NCBI GenBank assembly: GCA_964658305.1
Contig: OZ210885.1
Coordinates: 19,716,001 to 19,780,000, forward strand
Length of the DNA: 64,000 bases
Source of the DNA: Leptogorgia sarmentosa
Lineage: Eukaryota
Direction of reading: 5' to 3'
Shown here: positions 13,073 through 25,723 of the stretch, piece after piece
Layout: every line of letters starts with the position of its first letter
Numbering within the stretch: the stretch's first letter is position 1
Made by a program: the position numbers and the translations under genes
The notes under the pieces: generated by a model
The model's input: the letters and a program-made list of their open reading frames with translations, nothing else
Told to the model about the DNA's origin: nothing
The model's database searches: none

Positions 13073-13527
13073 TGGTAAGGACGCATGCCAGGGAGACAAA
13101 CTGCGACACGCAAGGAGATTTCCTTTTAATTTAATTCTAAAAATCATAAATTTACAAAGATATAGCATGCACATTCCAATCATATTTTACAATAACAAAG
13201 AATAAAATGTTTGCTAAAATCGACTATAAAGTTAACTAATAAAACAAATAACATCGAAGACTGTTCACGGAATTATAAAACTATAAAATAGTACCTGAAG
13301 GGTGGATCTCCTCACGCTCGAACTCTCTCTTGAATCGTCGTTTTACTTGCTCTCTTAAAAGCGTGAATCGTTTTAGCTTTCCTAATTCGACTTCAAATCT
13401 CTCGTCTTAAATTACATATCGTGTGCTGATGACGTAATCTAGAGGTTGCTAATAAATTAACTTAACTTAACAGAACTTTAATTAAACTATAATACTAAGG
13501 TAATAAAAATGTCAACTGTTCGAAACA
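13073..13527 (-). repeat. 5' LTR of BEL/Pao element 1
   Basis: Direct repeat of 7123-7577. Confidence 0.97.
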
Positions 13528-14349
13528 ACAAGTACTTACAATGTCTTACAATATCTGGCAAACAACAACAAATCCCATTAAAAGAACAAATCCCAAACTA
13601 AAACATTGAAAACATCAAAAGTATAAGTGATGCTTAAGGACAAGAGATGCATTGGTGAAGTTGCATGTAATTGATAAAATTCTGTATGAAAATTTGAAGC
13701 TAAAACATATTTGAAATGACAAAAGTTATAGACTGACCTTGTTTTGATACAGTTAGAAAGAAATTGCAGGAATTTTTTGCAACCAACTTTTGAACAGTGA
13801 ATCTATCAATCACAATCAATCTTCTTAAGTATAAAGTTTTCTATAATTTAAAAAGTGTTCAAAGTTCATAAATGTCAATATCCGAAATGGTGTTTTCTAT
13901 ATTGTCATACATAATTTTATATACGCTTTCAAAGCTGAGAAGCGCCATTGCCAAATCATCTATCAACCCTTTCTGAGCGCTGATTGGCTAAAACAAGGAC
14001 ACATGTGATCACCTGACTACATACTTTGCAATTGGAATTCGAAAACAGTCATTTGATTGGTGAGTATTTGTTGTTTGTTAGAATGCGTAATTGTTTTTAG
14101 TTTCAATTTTAGTATATTTGAATCATCACAAAATATTTGCATAATTTGCAATCCCTGCCAATCCTCGCATATGTTTACGTTTTTTGTTTAACCTATCCAC
14201 GCGTACTGAAGTGTGAAATATTCCCCAAACGTGTGAGAGCTTTTTACAACTGGGAAAGCACAGTCAGTCATGCATGCTCTTGGTCGGTTGTAGCTTTATG
14301 CCATTACAATCTGTAGTCCATACCAATGCTTGCTTGTGTTTGTATTATC

Positions 14350-14696
14350 TTATCTGGGGGAGGGTACTAATTCCGCATGGCTATTTACACCTGAGCAAAG
14401 GAGAGCATAGCGGAGTCGAAAGTCATTTCGCCGCCATTTTGGGTCAAGGTAGGGTGGGTCATCAATGGTCACAAAAAAAAGGCCGACTGCATGAAAGGCG
14501 AACACTAAAGGCTTTAGAAAAGTGGAAAACAAAGACGAAGACTATTGCTGCAAGACTATAAAAAACTCCTGAGAATACATTAATGCTGGGAAGAGACTTT
14601 AAATCTGCGAGAAGCAACAATGGATTAAAATACAAGACAAGCGTTTGTATTGTTTGCATATAAAATTCTTGCATATTTATATGAATGAAGGCTGGC
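14350..14696. repeat. Dispersed repeat, diverged copy of about 16465-16880, interrupted by the hAT MITE
   Basis: Shared blocks GAGGGTA.TAATT..GCA.GGCTATTT.CACCTGAG and CCATTTTGGGTCA. GCTGGC...CATTTAATCT resumes after the MITE at 15440. Confidence 0.65.
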
Positions 14697-15431
14697 CAGT
14701 CCCGGGTTAACCCCATGGCAGACCCGGCATATGCCGGGGGCCCTGCGCTTTTAGGGGGCCCCGCTTTTTATAAGGGAAATTTTTGTTTTTCTGTTCTGAA
14801 GTTTCCACAAAAAAATACAGGCCCCTGGCTTTTGGGGGCCCCTGTGCTTTATATAAAGGAAATGTTTCTTTTTCTGTTCTGAGGTTTCCGCAAAGCAATA
14901 TAGACCCCCGGAGGCCACGCAGTTTTGGGGGCCCCCGCGCTTTATATAACGGAAAATTGGAAATGTTTCTTTTTTTACTCTGAGGTTTTCACAAAGGGAT
15001 AAAGCCCCAGGCCCAGAAAGAGTGAAGCCTGCTGAAAGCTAAAATGTGGGGACCACAAAACACGAGGCCTCAAAAACACCGGTGAATTCCAGCAGTATGT
15101 GGCCCTGAATTTTAAAATTGCAGTGGTCAAAGCGTGCGCGCTGCGTCAAATGTTTTTGAGGTCAGCCAGTCTCTAGACTCTATTCTGAGTATTAAGGCTT
15201 TGGTTAACACTCTGAAATGGCCGTTTCCGGCGATCTAGAGCCTCTAAATTCTCAAAATTTTCTCGTTCAACACCAACCATAGTCGCCCCCCCAAATTTCA
15301 AACCGTTCCTACGCCCCGGAAATCGCGGTAATGCTGTGATATGCCCCGACAATTATAATTGAACAAATAAGTGTGAGGGGCCCCGCGCTGAACATCTGCC
15401 ACAGGCCCTGCGCGATGTTAATCCGGCTCTG
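14697..15431. mobile_element. Non-autonomous hAT-type element with 8-bp TSD AGGCTGGC
   Basis: TSD at 14689-14696 and 15432-15439. Imperfect 15-bp TIR CAGTCCCGGGTTAAC / GTTAATCCGGCTCTG. GGGGCCCC subterminal motifs and three ~80-90-bp internal tandem units. Confidence 0.88.
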
Positions 15432-16921
15432 AGGCTGGCTTAGCCGCATTTAATCTGTTTACAGTTGAATTTAAGAAATTTTACGTTGTGCAAATGTAGG
15501 ACGGCTTTTTTAGTATTTCAAGATACTAATGAATTTTAGATGGAAAAGAATACGAGCGAATATTAGCCTAAAATAGTTTTATTTCAAAGACGAAATTTGT
15601 ATGAAATAAAAATATAATTTCCTAAAGTTAAAAGATTTGAAAACATCCAAATTTTACATCAACTTTCGGTTCAATGACATTAGTGCCATGAATATTCTGC
15701 AAATTAAGAAGCATTCTGCAAAAACCAGGTTAAAAACTGATATTTTTCCCATTATTTTTTCATTTTTAAAAAAATATATGGAAAATATGAATTGCCATGT
15801 TGTTGTTATGACGACAATGACTTGGTACTTCATGTTGTTAGAATATAGGTGCATTCAGTTGAATGTAGTCTTGCTACGTTAGTAAGACGAGCGTGAGTTT
15901 GCTGCATGTATGTATTTCTAGTAGAGTAGTGCTGGAATTTTAAAGTTTTTAAAAAATTGTTTATCTGTTGCATGTGTGCAGAATTTAACTATATAGCTAT
16001 CCCCAAATTTAAGAACATGTGCTTGCTAAGTTTTATCACACTACATTTGTAATCCCTATTAATCCTTGCTTGTCTTTAGGTTTTGTTCTTCAACTTACTA
16101 AAGATAGTGTAGTGCTAGTATTTTTCAAGGTTCTGAGATTGTTTTTCCTTGCCATGTGCAGTAAACTACTACTATAATGTGACAAAGTGGAGCTGTAACC
16201 TTTTATAAGCTTGTCCAAATATCCTACAAGTGATATTGGCATTTAAACACCCTAATATTTCCCTGTTTGGAATATTGTGCAATATTCTTCAATATTCTTC
16301 AATACAAATATGTATTCAACTTTATTCTTAAAACAAACTATTTGTTTAGAGACTTCTATACACACTCTGTTTTCGTTTGTCTGTCTATCATGTCTTGCAT
16401 GTTGTCTTCAATAACAACATGAACTATTATTCCTGAGCCATGGCGCGAATGTCTGGGCGTTAGCCCGGGGTGAGGGTAATAATTCTGCACGGCTATTTGC
16501 ACCTGAGTAATGTGCAGCAAAGCGGGGTCCAAAGTTGCTCGATTTGGCCACCATTTTGGGTCATCGTCGAAGGGTGGTCATCACTGATCTCGAAGATGTG
16601 GCGGACTATCATGAACAGCCGAACCTTTTCAAAGCTTTTAAGAAGCTTTTTAAAGGCTTTAAGCTTTTGGAAAGGTGAAAACAAAGACAATATCTATGCT
16701 GTAAGACTTGAAAAGCCTTCTCAGAAGATATAAAACGCTGAGAAAGTGGAAGAAACGACCATGAATTGACACACAGGACCGATAAGTTCGTCCATATATT
16801 GTCAGCAGTGAACTTTTGTTTTGCATATATTTACTATTTGACCTATGAAAGGTCGCTGGCCATACCCACATTTAATCTATTAACGAAATATTTACAAATT
16901 TTACCCTAAAACGAGCAAACA

Positions 16922-19130
16922 TTAAAACAAGGGAACAAACTCGCTTAAGACTGTCCGTTTGGTTGCAGCATCTTTACTTGTGTCAGGAAATGTAACTCTA
17001 ATCTTATCTGTGGCTTTATTCCAGGATACTCCCAGTAGCTTTGTTTGTTGTCTCTTCACACCCAACTTCTGTTTTGCATAACTTTGATCAATATCTGTTG
17101 CACCACTGGCAGGATTACTTGCTTCCAATTCCTCAACATTTGAGTGCCATTTATGAAGCTTAAACTGAGCCTTATCAAAAGATGTCTATGGCTACTTAGA
17201 TGTTGTTCAAGTTACTCTGCCAAGACAAATGGTGATTGATTCAGTCAGAATAAGGCACATGTAAACTGATATACATCGATTTCCCTTGGGTCTCCCTCGA
17301 TCCAGTGAAACCTGAGTGCATCACGATCTTTCTCCTTTATTCTTATCTGCAGCAAGTGCCAATGGTTTGAATCGATTACGTACTAATATATTCCACAAGA
17401 GATTTTGCAATGCCGACCCCCTCTGTAAGCAATCGTTCAATGATAGTGAATCGTCGTTGGCTTTCGCAGATGCGTCATAAACTATGTGTACCTTGGTGCT
17501 CTCAGCAGACTGGCTTGTGTGCCAGATAGAATTCTTTTCCTTGTGGTTCTTGTGTAGCCTTCTCGAGAATTTCTTGCTCTTTAATAATCTTATGATATTG
17601 TTGGCACAGTTCTGGTCTTTTCTCAAGTTTCTGAACAAGTTTTCCCAATCTCGCTAAGCTTCCTGCTTTGTTGCTTGGCAGCCCATCTGTGTTTGGTCTT
17701 GACATCCTGGTAAACTGCTCCTTCTTCGTCTGATTGGTGGTTTAAGCCAAGCACATCCAGATCACATAACTTCTGGTAATCTTCTGCCGATGATTTGGTG
17801 AACGTGTTGGTTGTATCATTCTCTGACCCAGATGACATGAAGGTCCAACCAAATTTGGTTAGCTCAGCAACCAGCTCACCAGGTTGACCAATGCGCGGCT
17901 TCGTTGCGGTTTTGATCTTTGAATATTCACTTGCACCTAAGATTATAAGTGTACAGGGACTTCAGGTTTTTCATCAACATCTGCCATTGACACTCTATTG
18001 ACACCATGTAGCTACATACTATTTGGTTGTATCTTGGGTTTTCCATGCACAGTAGGTTACTTCGGTCAACTTTAGTTACTTCTGCTTGGAGCTTGAAGCT
18101 TTCATCCAAATCACTAATTGCCACTCGATAGACCTCTATTGGTCTGTTGGTTGACTGCGTCATCATTTCGATCCTTTTGTACTCCTTTCCCACCGGATGT
18201 TTCTTCAGTTTGTCTAGCAGGGCCCCTGCAGCATATGAGCTCCCCGCCCCTGTGTCGAAAAGTGCTCAGCATATAACTGCATCAACCTTGAGCAGGACCA
18301 CCTGTCTCCCCATTGGCAACCAACATTTGTTCACCACCATCCCCTTGGTCGCTAGCTTTCATTGTACAAATGGATGAGTGCAATTGAACCACAGTTGTTT
18401 GTCTGCCAGGATCTTCCTTCCGGTCGTTCACTGTGGCCACCTTTTTACACTCAGCTGATCGATGGTTATTCTCGTCACAATAAACACACCCTCATGCCTT
18501 TGATTCTTGTTGTCTGGTTTGAAAACTACTTGAACTTCCTTGATCATCTGGTTTAACTGGGTTCCTTGCCATATTCCGTCTCTAGAATGTTTTTCGTTCC
18601 TTCGTACCCCTCTGATGTAAAGGGGTAAATTGATAAATGTGCACTCTTTGGGGTCGACCAGCTCTTTCAAGTACGAAAATTTTGTCATGCTACTGACCTC
18701 GGTGGTGTCAATTTCTGCTTTAAACTGCCCCCAAAACCGTAGCCATTCCATGAATTTACCACTAAACTTGGTGATGACTAACTTGGGTAGTTTTGTCGTT
18801 GCTGTGCCCGAGCTGCTACCGTATTTATTATTTTCTGCTATTAATGCTTTTTTGTTTTCCAACCGTTGTGCCAATCTCCTCTGTTAAAATTTTAGTTCTT
18901 CAAATTGTTTGCGTTTGGCGTGAGCTGCGAACTCTACCTCACTCTTCAACTCTATCTTCCCACATGTTTTCGCTCAGATATGGCACCTTCAAATTCCGCA
19001 AGCTTGCCTTCAATGGCCGAACTCCACTGTCGTATTTCTTCTAAATCTTCACTGTTTTCAAGTTTTAGTTCTTGAATTTGAACCTTCAAAGCATGGACTT
19101 CCTAAATCTTACCTTCAATTGTCTTCAAGG
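16922..19130 (-). pseudogene. Heavily decayed BEL/Pao gag-pol remnant
   Basis: KLPKLVITKFSG..WLRFWGQF (Gag), LFDTGAGSSY (protease), VYDASAK..SLNDCL (RT), KLLGVSWNK..TKRTVLS. Many stops and deletions; no LTRs seen. Confidence 0.85.
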
Positions 19131-20019
19131 AAAAATTGACTCCAATTGGATCATCACACATTTCATTAGGCACTGCTTTTTTCCCATAATGAAACAATTC
19201 AAAGCCAAGTAACAATGAATGGCCACTCACATACTTGGCCATTGGTGCTGATAGTTTTTGTAAAATCCACTGAAATATCAATGATGTGTGGATACCATGA
19301 GTTTGGAGACATCATTTAACCCAACATTAAAAAGGTCAAACTTGAGTAATGAGGGAGCCAATCAAAATACTGAATTGAAATTGCACCATACCATAACTTC
19401 TAGAATTTTGAACGATACGAACTAAACATAACATCATCCCTTAACATCATCATTGGAAAAAATATCTTCACTGTCACTCTGAAATGAAAAATATGTATTG
19501 TAGTGTATGTACCGGAAGCGGATATAGAATATAGAATAATATGTAAATTAGTTAAGGTATATAAGTTCGTGTTGACCATTGTGTAAGATAGTTCTAATAG
19601 AGGGAGTATAATAAATAGGTTCAAAATACTACATGTATGAGCATAATAGAGATGGTATTATACTTAAACATTTACTGCACAGCTATTTTTTTATATATTC
19701 GTATTCAATTAAAATGCACATTCAAGGTATTTTTGTATGATACAACAACCCAATGACATGCAAAGTTGGAGTATTTGTATGTAAGCAGTAGAAAAATCAT
19801 GGGTTGTAGGTACAATAAATGGGGAGACTGCATAAAAAATACAAAAGTATTTAACAAATTGGGCATAGGGATATGCACCAATAGCCCCCCGACACGCAGG
19901 GGCTTAAATGGAAGCATCAGAATGCGGTCAGACTTGTCAGGTTGTTGTATATTTAATGACAACCTTATGTACCTGTGTACTTGATTCAAGACTGTTATTT
20001 GGAACAACCCAGAAAGTCT

Positions 20020-20300
20020 GGTCAGCACTAGATCATGGTGACCTTACGCACACATCTGAGTCTGCTGTACATTCACGTCAGCGGTGATAGAAATTTCTTT
20101 TGGCATATTCACAAAATATACCAGACCCAAACCATAAATCTGACCTTTGGTTATGGTTTGGGACTGGTGGTTAGGGTCAGATTTATGGTTTGGGACTGGT
20201 TTATTTTGTGAATACGCCAATAGAAATTTCTATCACAGCTGACGTGAATGTACAGCAGTCACGGATATGTGCGTAAGGTCACCATGATCTAGTGCCAACC
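20020..20300. mobile_element. Foldback MITE, Mutator-like, 9-bp TSD AGAAAGTCT
   Basis: Arms of ~125 bp are near-perfect reverse complements (GG..GCACTAGATCATGGTGACCTTACGCA / TGCGTAAGGTCACCATGATCTAGTGC..CC). TSD at 20011-20019 and 20301-20309. Confidence 0.88.
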
Positions 20301-21214
20301 AGAAAGTCTGCATAATCGTTCTCCATTTAATGTTTGGTTGGGCATCAATGCAGGCTCAACCAAGTTGCATCCAATTCCAATCTTGATTACAAAGCTAAAT
20401 TACAACATTGTAAATTTAAAATAAATATATACAATATCAATTTTTTACAAGATAAAATATATTTATGAATAATATGATGGTTTATTACTGAAGAGACAAT
20501 GGCACTACACAAGCACATGGGGATATCATCAAGTTTCCCTCTGTAAAATCACACTGCACCTTGTTACAGTACATCTACGTACAGTGGAACTCTTGCAAGT
20601 TGTAGAACTCCATTGCAAGGTTGTTGCAGACACCTCTTTATGTGGACACTACTCACAGGTCCTGTCCGAATATCCATTCTTGAGGGTTTTGACAAATTTA
20701 TTATGTCAACACATCAACTGGAGGCAGTTGGGCCCATTTAGCATCGGAAGACATGTTTATGATAAAGTACACACATTACCTACATCCTCCAAGCTTTTCT
20801 TGGAACACCTGAGGAATGCGACTGAATACTTCCTCTTCGGTCCAGCTTCTATTGAAATCAAAAACACTAACGACCCGTACGTTCTTCTTAAGATCGGCTT
20901 TAGCATCCCTCATAGCACTGTCAGTAGGCTTGTTTAGCGAAACAACTTCGAGTAAAGTTTGCCGTGCTAATACCCATGCCTGATGTGGCCGATCCTGTTG
21001 GAGAATACCTTCGGCTTCGACAACTGCTGTGAGACTGGACACAGCCATGAAGGGTGCTTATGAGCGTAAAGGAATAAACTGTCCCCGCTCCTTGCTGCTC
21101 TCGAGTAACCCAAAATCTGAAAATGGAGTTAAATTCTTCTACGGGAGTATGTGGACCAGGCAATCGGCGTTGAAGTGGAAGAAGTGCATGTTGAATTCGT
21201 AGAGTGTGTTTTTT

Positions 21215-23402
21215 GGTGGCCGGACATTTTGCCGAACAGACGGTTTGCCGACGGACATTTTGTCGAACAGCCAATTTGACGAACGGACAATTTGACGAAC
21301 GGACTTTTCGCCGAAAAGACATTTTGCGGAAAGGACAACTTGCCGAAAATGGAAATATAATGACAAAAAAACTTTGATAGCGAAGTTGTTTCGTATCATA
21401 ATCTTTCAAGTCTTTGACTACAAGATTACCAAAATTTCGCGATATATAAAGAATAACAAGACGCCTATCAGGCGTTCACTCGGGCTACATGAAGTTTATA
21501 AATGACGAACCCACTGGCAGTGCGCGTGGCATGACCATGAACCCACGCATGAAACGATTCAACGAAGATTTTCATTGGTTCAAGGACTTTGTGTCGCCCA
21601 CGCATGTTTTTTGCAAACTCGTGACCAAAAAAAAGGAAAATGGAAGCCCATTTTTAAACTCGGTCTACCTACGCTAGCCCGAGTAATAACATCCATTTAA
21701 CATCATTCATGAACATCAAGGTAAAAATTTATTATGTACATTATTTATTACAAAAGGCTAGTAACTGTTTTACAAATTCTGCGCAATAGCTCGACAGTAC
21801 GCTATCATGTTCTCGTAGGTGTCAATTTTCCCAAGAATATTTTTCAATCGGCTGAGGAATTCAGGCCAGCACTTGCTCTAGGAGAAGTTCGTTGCTGGCT
21901 TGTTCTTTCACTAGCTTGGCGGCCAATCGACGGATTGTTGGGTGGGTGATCGCAACACGAAGGTCAAACGAATGATGCCATCCTTCGATGGAATTGTTTG
22001 TTCGCGGAAGATCTTGCTCAACACGACCATGTACATTCCACAGAGAGACGGAGAATAGAGGACGGCGTCGACGACCATGTTGAACCACACCGATCCAAGT
22101 GGCCTCAAAATAGGACAGAAAATCTGACAGAAGTTCATCTGTTTCATCAAGAGACTCCATTAATTGCTGGAAAGCTTCTGTTACACGATTTGGTGGTACA
22201 AACGCAAGAGCTTGAAAAGACTTGATAATCCATGCATTATTCGGGTCGTCTCTGTACCATCCCTACGGTCCTAGCCTCTATAAATTTCTCCACAGGCACT
22301 GGCCAAAATGAAATAGGCATCCTTGGATTTCAGCTTCGGGAAAATGGTGTTGCAATGACTGTATCGCCGCCATCTCGAAATCGATCATCACTGTCAGCGG
22401 AGAGAGATTGGGTCGACGATCTTTAAGAAACTGGAAGATCCGATCGTAGCTATTTCGGTCTTTCCTTTTCGTGATGCAGTATACGACGGGCACAGTTCTG
22501 GATCCATTGGCGATCATGTGTAAAGTGTACAGCTGGTATCCATTCAGCGTGCTATCGAAAGTTCCGTGACAGAACCAATGTCTTTGGCGTACAAGAACGT
22601 CCAAGTTCTTATCAGTTGCGAAGACGTAAATATCTAGGTTGTCAGCGTGGAGTGCCAGGAACTCTTCCCCATGTGTAGTTTGGCAAATGTTGTCAGGAAT
22701 ATCATCACCATCTGGGGCTTTTCGCTTTCTTCTAATTATTCTTGCCAGCGTTTCTCTTCGGGGAAGACTGCCTGCAGCGGCAAGTGGAAAATCCTGGGTG
22801 CAGTTCTGGATGATGTTGCTGGTAGATTCGTCAGAGTTCTCTGCACGACGTTTCATTGCTGACACTGCACGTTGGACAGCCACATGAGATGGATCTGGAG
22901 GATGCGAATGCTCTGACGGTTCCTGCCATAATGTGTCTACGAGAGTCGAGAGTCTACCAGAGCATTCCTTGCATCGTTCGCATCTCCAATAAGATGTTTC
23001 TTCTTTCTTCTTATCCAAAACATAAACAAAACCTTCATAAATCAATTTGCGATTTCCCCGAGAACTTTGAATATATTCCATGATTCTCGAAGTGAAATTT
23101 GTTTACGTTGTGGTCTTTATATACGCTTGCTTGTTTGCGACGTGATGTCAAAACACATTCCTAACAAATGAGTCATCCGCTGCACAAACAAGCTACCAAC
23201 AATCAATATGGTTATGCACTGCTAATGACACATCATATAATGATGTTATTATACATCATGTAATGATGAACCATATAATGGTTATTTTACACAATAGTTG
23301 ACTGAATAATGAGTCACAACCCTAAACATTTTGATGAAATAAGTTACAGTCCCAAACATTCCACTATTTTCAGCAAGTTGTCCTTTCGGCGAAATGTCTT
23401 TT
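21215..23402 (-). mobile_element. Decayed MULE (Mutator-like) DNA transposon, one TIR truncated
   Basis: Left end has a tandem array of GGACATTTTGCCGAA-like 15-17-mers (21220-21350) that is mirrored at 23367-23402. Contains a FLYWCH plus MULE transposase. Confidence 0.85.
21780..23081 (-). pseudogene. FLYWCH-MULE transposase pseudogene
   Basis: YWRCERCKEC..HSH (FLYWCH); WFCHGTF (DGTF with catalytic D changed to H); MIDFE; GCLFHFGQCLWR; RTNNSIEGWH. A stop plus deletion separates 22278 from 22160. Confidence 0.9.
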
Positions 23403-23938
23403 ACCATAGTGAAAATACCACTGAATAATTTTATAGCTCAGTGGGAGCAGTGTTTTATTTGTCATGTTTGGCACCCCATACTATAACAATAATATGAGCT
23501 TCATCAATAGCAACGTACACACAGTCTTTCATGAATGATTGGGATTTCCATATTTTCCCCCTTCTTTTGGTGGCTAGCATTGACTCAGGAGACGCGAAAA
23601 TCAGTGAATAACATCCATGTAAAATATCATTGAGTGCATTATCCCCTCTCTCCTCCGCAGAGGCTTTTTATTACTTTTTATTATCTTTATTACTGTTTAT
23701 TATTAGTGCATGTGCGCTAGATCGTAAGGGCATAGCATAGACGAAAAAGCGGAAAATGAAGAAAAAAATGGAAACGCAGCGGAAAAGTGAAAGGAAAAGT
23801 GGAAACGTGGAGGGAAAAGCCTCTGCTACATTTGGTTCCAAATATGGCATCCATCCGGGGGGGGGCACATAAAGAAAAAAAATTGGGGGATATAAGTAAA
23901 CTGCTAACACAGTGCTGCTAATCTACGAATAGCGAAAT

Positions 23939-25700
23939 ATGGCTACAGCAACAGCCGAAGTTGGAGTCTCTCTTCACAGTATAAATCCTGAAAGACAGTA
24001 TTTGTTTGCGCTTCGAGATGATTGCGTATGCTGCCCTAAGTGCGAAAACAACAATCCCAGTTGCTTTTCTCGAGAAGGATTGAAACATCATTATCAGACT
24101 ATGCACAAACAAGTCAACTTCACTGATGAAATTTTTGTCGCAAGAGTTGCAATATTACGTACTCGAGCAGCATCAGAAACCTTATCTAATTTGTTTGCAT
24201 TGTCTGAAAAGCGAAAGGAAACGGTAAGTTGACTTGCACCTTGAAAAATAATACATATATATTTTTATAATATAAGTAGGGTAAAATCTACAACGCGATT
24301 GGCTAATGAGCGTGCATTATAACAGCGTAATGCACACATCTAGCTAGTAAATTTCTCCCGCCACTTTTTTGTTTGACAAAAAGACAATAAAAGTAAATAT
24401 ATACTAAAAATACATACGTAATCAAAGGATGTGGTGAACAAGCACAATTGTATTGTGAAAGTGATAAAGAAGCGGCCAAGTTGTTCGGGTTATATTTAGA
24501 CCACAAATTGTCTTTACCGAAAATAGAGTCTAATGGCGAAGGAACTGAAGTTTGTGTTGAGGGAACTTCGTCAAATTCAATCTACAAACTCTGGCTTGCA
24601 AGACAACATTTATGCTGAAGCTATTTACTTTCAGTCAGTAAGTTAATTTGCAATTTAGGCATCCATATTTTGCTCATGTTTATGTAATTTTGCTCATGGC
24701 TATGCTAATTTCCTCATTCTATATATATTTGCTTTTCGTACTTCAGAGTGGCTTGAAACTTTGAATGTATGCCTGTAAAGTGTGAATTGTGATCATATTT
24801 GCTTTCTGTTTCGACATTTAGAAAAACCCCGTTTCTTCTTTTCCAACACCTAAAGAGAATGTGTTAAGAATGACGTGCGAAACACCGCTAACTTTACCTG
24901 CAAAACAGGAGAAGGAATTGTTTTTACTTAAACACTTATATGGATTTGACTCATTTAGAGAAGGGCAGCTAGAAGCCATACGTTCCATCACAGATGGTAA
25001 TGATACACTTGTCATAATACCAACTGGAGGTGGAAAAAGTCTAATGTATTTTGTGGCTGCTGTTATTATGCAAGGCCTAACTGTGATTATAGAACCATTA
25101 AAATTTATAATGGAAGAACAAGCTGAGAAACTATGAGCAAAACAAATTCCTGCATTCTACTACAATTCGTCCCTAACAGATACTGAGATGGACTATGTTG
25201 CAAACACCTTGTGTAGGCACGATTTACCTTACACTGTTCTGTTTACTAGTCCTGAATGCATTTCTTCTCGAAAGCTACAGCATGTCCTCAAAACATGGAA
25301 TGATTTAGGGAAATTGAGCTTCATCGCAGTTGATGAGGCTCACTGCATCGATGCATGGGGTCATGGTTTTTGGCCAGATTTCCTAAAACTTGGACACCTG
25401 AAAGATTTAGATGTTCCCATGGTTGCCCTTACTGGGACAGCAACAGAAAGAGTAACAAAAACTATACTGTCTACACTTCACATGAATTTGCCAAAAGTTA
25501 TTGAACTAAATTGTTCAAGAGAAAACTTATTTATACAAATTAACCAGAAAAGTGATCATCCATTTCAACAAATAGTTGATTTTATTATGTCAAGCTATTT
25601 AGGACAAAGAGGAATAGTGTACTGTCTCAAGTGGAAAGATACAGTTGATCTGCACACCACTTGAAATCGAATGACATCCTTTCTGTTTCTGTTTCTTCAG
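23939..25700 (+). pseudogene. RecQ-like SF2 helicase of AcademH, truncated, with an upstream C2H2-like exon
   Basis: FREGQLEAI, IPTGGGKS (motif I), VDEAHC (motif II), ALTGTA (motif III), GIVYC (motif IV). In-frame TGA at 25134-25136. Exon 23939 to about 24223 has CPKC..HYQTMH followed by GTAAGT. Confidence 0.88.
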
Positions 25701-25723
25701 TGGCATGGAAATTATTTATTGAA

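Larger units (their letters stand above)
7123..13527 (-). mobile_element. Full-length BEL/Pao LTR retrotransposon (455-bp LTRs, 5-bp TSD ACAAG), frameshifted gag-pol
   Basis: LTRs at 7123-7577 and 13073-13527 (TG...CA, about 7 mismatches by eye). TSD ACAAG at 7118-7122 and 13528-13532. Polypurine tract at 7578-7585. Gag zinc knuckles, protease LIDSGAG, RT YVDD, RNase H FADASK and integrase SDNG in BEL order. Confidence 0.97.

Noticed and set aside
20500..21210. Exon-like minus-strand fragments (RSWTEEEVFSRIPQVFQEKL followed by a GT donor)
   Set aside because: Too short and degenerate to assign to a family or build a gene model.
21220..21350. Regularly spaced short repeats resembling a CRISPR array (also 58005-58073 and 62414-62517)
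   Set aside because: There are no unique spacers or cas genes; these are mirrored MULE subterminal repeats in eukaryotic DNA.
24861..25664. Host RecQ/BLM/WRN helicase gene
   Set aside because: It is truncated, contains a stop, and is enclosed by TIRs and a TSD together with a transposase, so it is an AcademH component.
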